Shown: positions 22,236 through 24,161 of the stretch, piece by piece
How the letters are laid out: every line of letters begins with the position of its first letter
Numbering within the stretch: the stretch's first letter is position 1
Assembly: GCA_035561835.1 (NCBI GenBank)
Contig: DATMXF010000229.1
Coordinates: forward strand, 1-24,161
From: Patescibacteria group bacterium
GTDB lineage: Bacteria > Methylomirabilota > Methylomirabilia > Methylomirabilales > Methylomirabilaceae
Direction: 5' to 3'
DNA length: 24,161 bases
Made by a program: the position numbers and the translations under genes
Notes under the pieces: model-generated
What the model saw: only the letters and a program-made list of their open reading frames with translations
The model's database searches: none
Told to the model about the DNA's origin: nothing

Positions 22236-24161
22236 GTGAACAAGCGTTACCTAAAGGTTGCGGGTGTAGTCGCCCTGATCCTCGTGGTCACGGCCGTAGC
22301 CTTTCTCCCGTTCTATTGGAATCCTAAGAAAGCCTCCAGCCAAGTGATTTTCAGTGATTTTATTGACTTAGTAGACAATGGGCAGCTCGCCGGGACGGCG
22401 ATCTTCAACGAAAACAGCCACACCATTTACTTCCATATCGCTTCAGGACAGCACCTTCGGACTGTATACAGCAAAGAGGCCACCGGTTCTCTACAAGAGC
22501 TGTTGAAAAAGAAGGGTGTCCACTTTGCGGTTGAACCACAAAGCGGAGGGTCAATCTGGGTCAGCCTGTTATTCAATTTCCTGCCCTTCCTTCTGATTAT
22601 TGGCCTGTTTGTAATGATGAGCCGACGGTCGCAGATGGGGGGTGGCGGTGGTCCCATGGCGTTTGGAAAATCAAAGGCCAAGCTGCACGACGCAACCAAG
22701 CCCAAGGTGACGTTCGCGGACGTCGCCGGTGAAGAAGAGCCGAAGGAAGAGTTGTTGGAGGTCATTGAGTTTTTAAAACATCCTCAAAAGTATCAGGCGC
22801 TACACGCCAAGATCCCAAGAGGATTGCTGCTGGTAGGTCCCCCGGGCTGCGGGAAAACGCTCCTGGCCAAGGCCGTTGCCGGGGAGGCCGGAGTGCCCTT
22901 CTTCTCGCTTTCCGGCTCTGAGTTCGTGGAGGTCTTCGTAGGAGTCGGCGCCAGCCGCGTCCGCGACCTGTTTGAGCAGGCCAAGAAGAACGCCCCCTGC
23001 CTGGTCTTCATCGACGAGATCGATGCGGTGGGCCGCCACCGCGGGGCCGGCCTCGGCGGCGGCAACGATGAACGCGAGCAGACATTAAACCAACTGCTGG
23101 TGGCTATGGACGGATTTGAGGCCAATATCGGGATCATTGTGATCGCCGCCACCAACCGACCGGACATCCTGGATCCGGCACTGCTGCGCCCAGGGCGGTT
23201 TGACAGACGCATCATCGTAGATAACCCGGACAGCAAGGGCCGTAAGGCGATCTTGGAAGTACACCTGCGCGAGATACCGCTGGGGCCGGACGTCAACGTC
23301 GACGTACTCGCTAAGCAAACGCCTGGATTTTCAGGCGCGGATCTGGCCAGCGTGGTGAATGAAGGGGCGCTTTTGGCGGCCAGGCGTGATAAAGACCGCG
23401 TCAGCATGGTCGACTTTGATGAGGCTGTCGAGCGCGTCATTGCGGGTCCATTGCGGCGTAGTCGCGCCTTGAGTCCGAAGGAGCGCGAGATGGTGGCCTA
23501 CCATGAGGCCGGCCATGCCATCCTGCGCAGACTCCTGCCTAAGGCCGATCCACCCCATAAGGTGACGATTATCTCGCGCGGGATGGCGCTCGGCTACGTC
23601 ATGGGAGCTCCACCGGAGGACCGCTATACCCGAACGCGCTCCGAACTGCTTGCGGAGGTCAGCGTCGGCATGGGTGGCCGCGTCGCCGAGGATCTGATCT
23701 TCGGCGAGATCACTACCGGAGCCTCAAATGACTTTGAACAGGCAACCAACATGGTTCGCCGAATGGTGACCAGTTTCGGTATGTCGGATAAACTTGGTCC
23801 GGTTACCCTGGGCAGACAGGGCGGGCCGGTCTTTCTCGGTCGTGATATGATTGACAGCCGAAACTACAGTGAGGAGATTGCCTACCAGATCGACCAGGAG
23901 GTCCGCCGCATCATCGACGAGTGCTACCAGGTGGCTCGCGTGACGATTGAGGCAAACCGGGACAAGCTGCAGCGGGTGGCAAAGGCTCTGATCGAACGCG
24001 AAACCCTATTCGCTGAGGAGTTGGACGACGTGATGGCGGGCAAGGTCGTAGCGCTTGAGCCATCGCGAGCGGCCAGCAGTGAAGCGGCGGCCGTCGTCGA
24101 AGCCGGCGCTGAGAAACTATCGCCCATCGCGCCGTCGTCGCCCGCACCGCCACCGGCGTAA
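22236..24161 (+). CDS. ftsH: ATP-dependent zinc metalloprotease FtsH (complete, 640 aa)
   Basis: The GTG start lies 8 nt after AAGGAGG. There are two N-terminal TM helices. Walker A is GPPGCGKT and Walker B is VFIDEIDA. The SRH is [20 protein letters not shown] and the zinc motif is HEAGHA. It ends at TAA 24159-24161. Confidence 0.95.
   Translation: MNKRYLKVAGVVALILVVTAVAFLPFYWNPKKASSQVIFSDFIDLVDNGQLAGTAIFNENSHTIYFHIASGQHLRTVYSKEATGSLQELLKKKGVHFAVEPQSGGSIWVSLLFNFLPFLLIIGLFVMMSRRSQMGGGGGPMAFGKSKAKLHDATKPKVTFADVAGEEEPKEELLEVIEFLKHPQKYQALHAKIPRGLLLVGPPGCGKTLLAKAVAGEAGVPFFSLSGSEFVEVFVGVGASRVRDLFEQAKKNAPCLVFIDEIDAVGRHRGAGLGGGNDEREQTLNQLLVAMDGFEANIGIIVIAATNRPDILDPALLRPGRFDRRIIVDNPDSKGRKAILEVHLREIPLGPDVNVDVLAKQTPGFSGADLASVVNEGALLAARRDKDRVSMVDFDEAVERVIAGPLRRSRALSPKEREMVAYHEAGHAILRRLLPKADPPHKVTIISRGMALGYVMGAPPEDRYTRTRSELLAEVSVGMGGRVAEDLIFGEITTGASNDFEQATNMVRRMVTSFGMSDKLGPVTLGRQGGPVFLGRDMIDSRNYSEEIAYQIDQEVRRIIDECYQVARVTIEANRDKLQRVAKALIERETLFAEELDDVMAGKVVALEPSRAASSEAAAVVEAGAEKLSPIAPSSPAPPPA

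Noticed and set aside
21946-22239. ORFs 21946-22221 (minus) and 22045-22239 (plus) upstream of ftsH.
   Set aside because: They have no SD, overlap each other, and have odd composition. The interval is more plausibly the ftsH 5' leader.
1-24161. A search for mobile elements, CRISPR arrays, tRNA/rRNA genes and defence systems.
   Set aside because: I saw no terminal inverted repeats flanking a transposase, no integrase or recombinase motifs, no regularly spaced short repeats, and no tRNA-like cloverleaf candidates in the intergenic regions. The only sizeable repeat is the nod tandem duplication.

Overview
Bacterial window, roughly 55-60% GC by eye. I found no rRNA, tRNA, CRISPR array, transposase or integrase. 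Gene content and the central locus fit an NC10 / 'Candidatus Methylomirabilis'-like genome. The left part (plus strand) is mostly housekeeping: a coaBC 3' fragment, a family-4 uracil-DNA glycosylase, priA, and a translationally coupled methyltransferase / CN-hydrolase / nadE trio. Three lower-GC orphan secreted or membrane proteins interrupt this stretch. The centre (minus strand) is a respiratory accessory island. It starts with a three-gene heme module: a pentaheme cytochrome c, a DUF3365-like monoheme c protein, and a membrane protein with two H-x13-H helices. Next come a 95-aa ferredoxin-fold-like protein and a monoheme cytochrome c. The key feature follows: two tandem ~810-aa qNOR-like heme-copper oxidase paralogs. 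In both, the quinol-site His/Glu, one FeB histidine (HH to HN) and a conserved Glu (to Gln) are replaced. This is the signature proposed for nitric oxide dismutase (Nod, 2 NO to N2 + O2). Each paralog has its own terminator, a conserved long leader holding a sub-60-aa uORF, and repeated dyad-bearing upstream elements. A Cys-rich PAS-LuxR regulator sits directly upstream. The right end (plus strand) holds an OprO/P-like porin, a GYD-domain protein and a complete ftsH. All coordinates and motif calls were read by hand. Family assignments rest on remembered motifs, not on searches.
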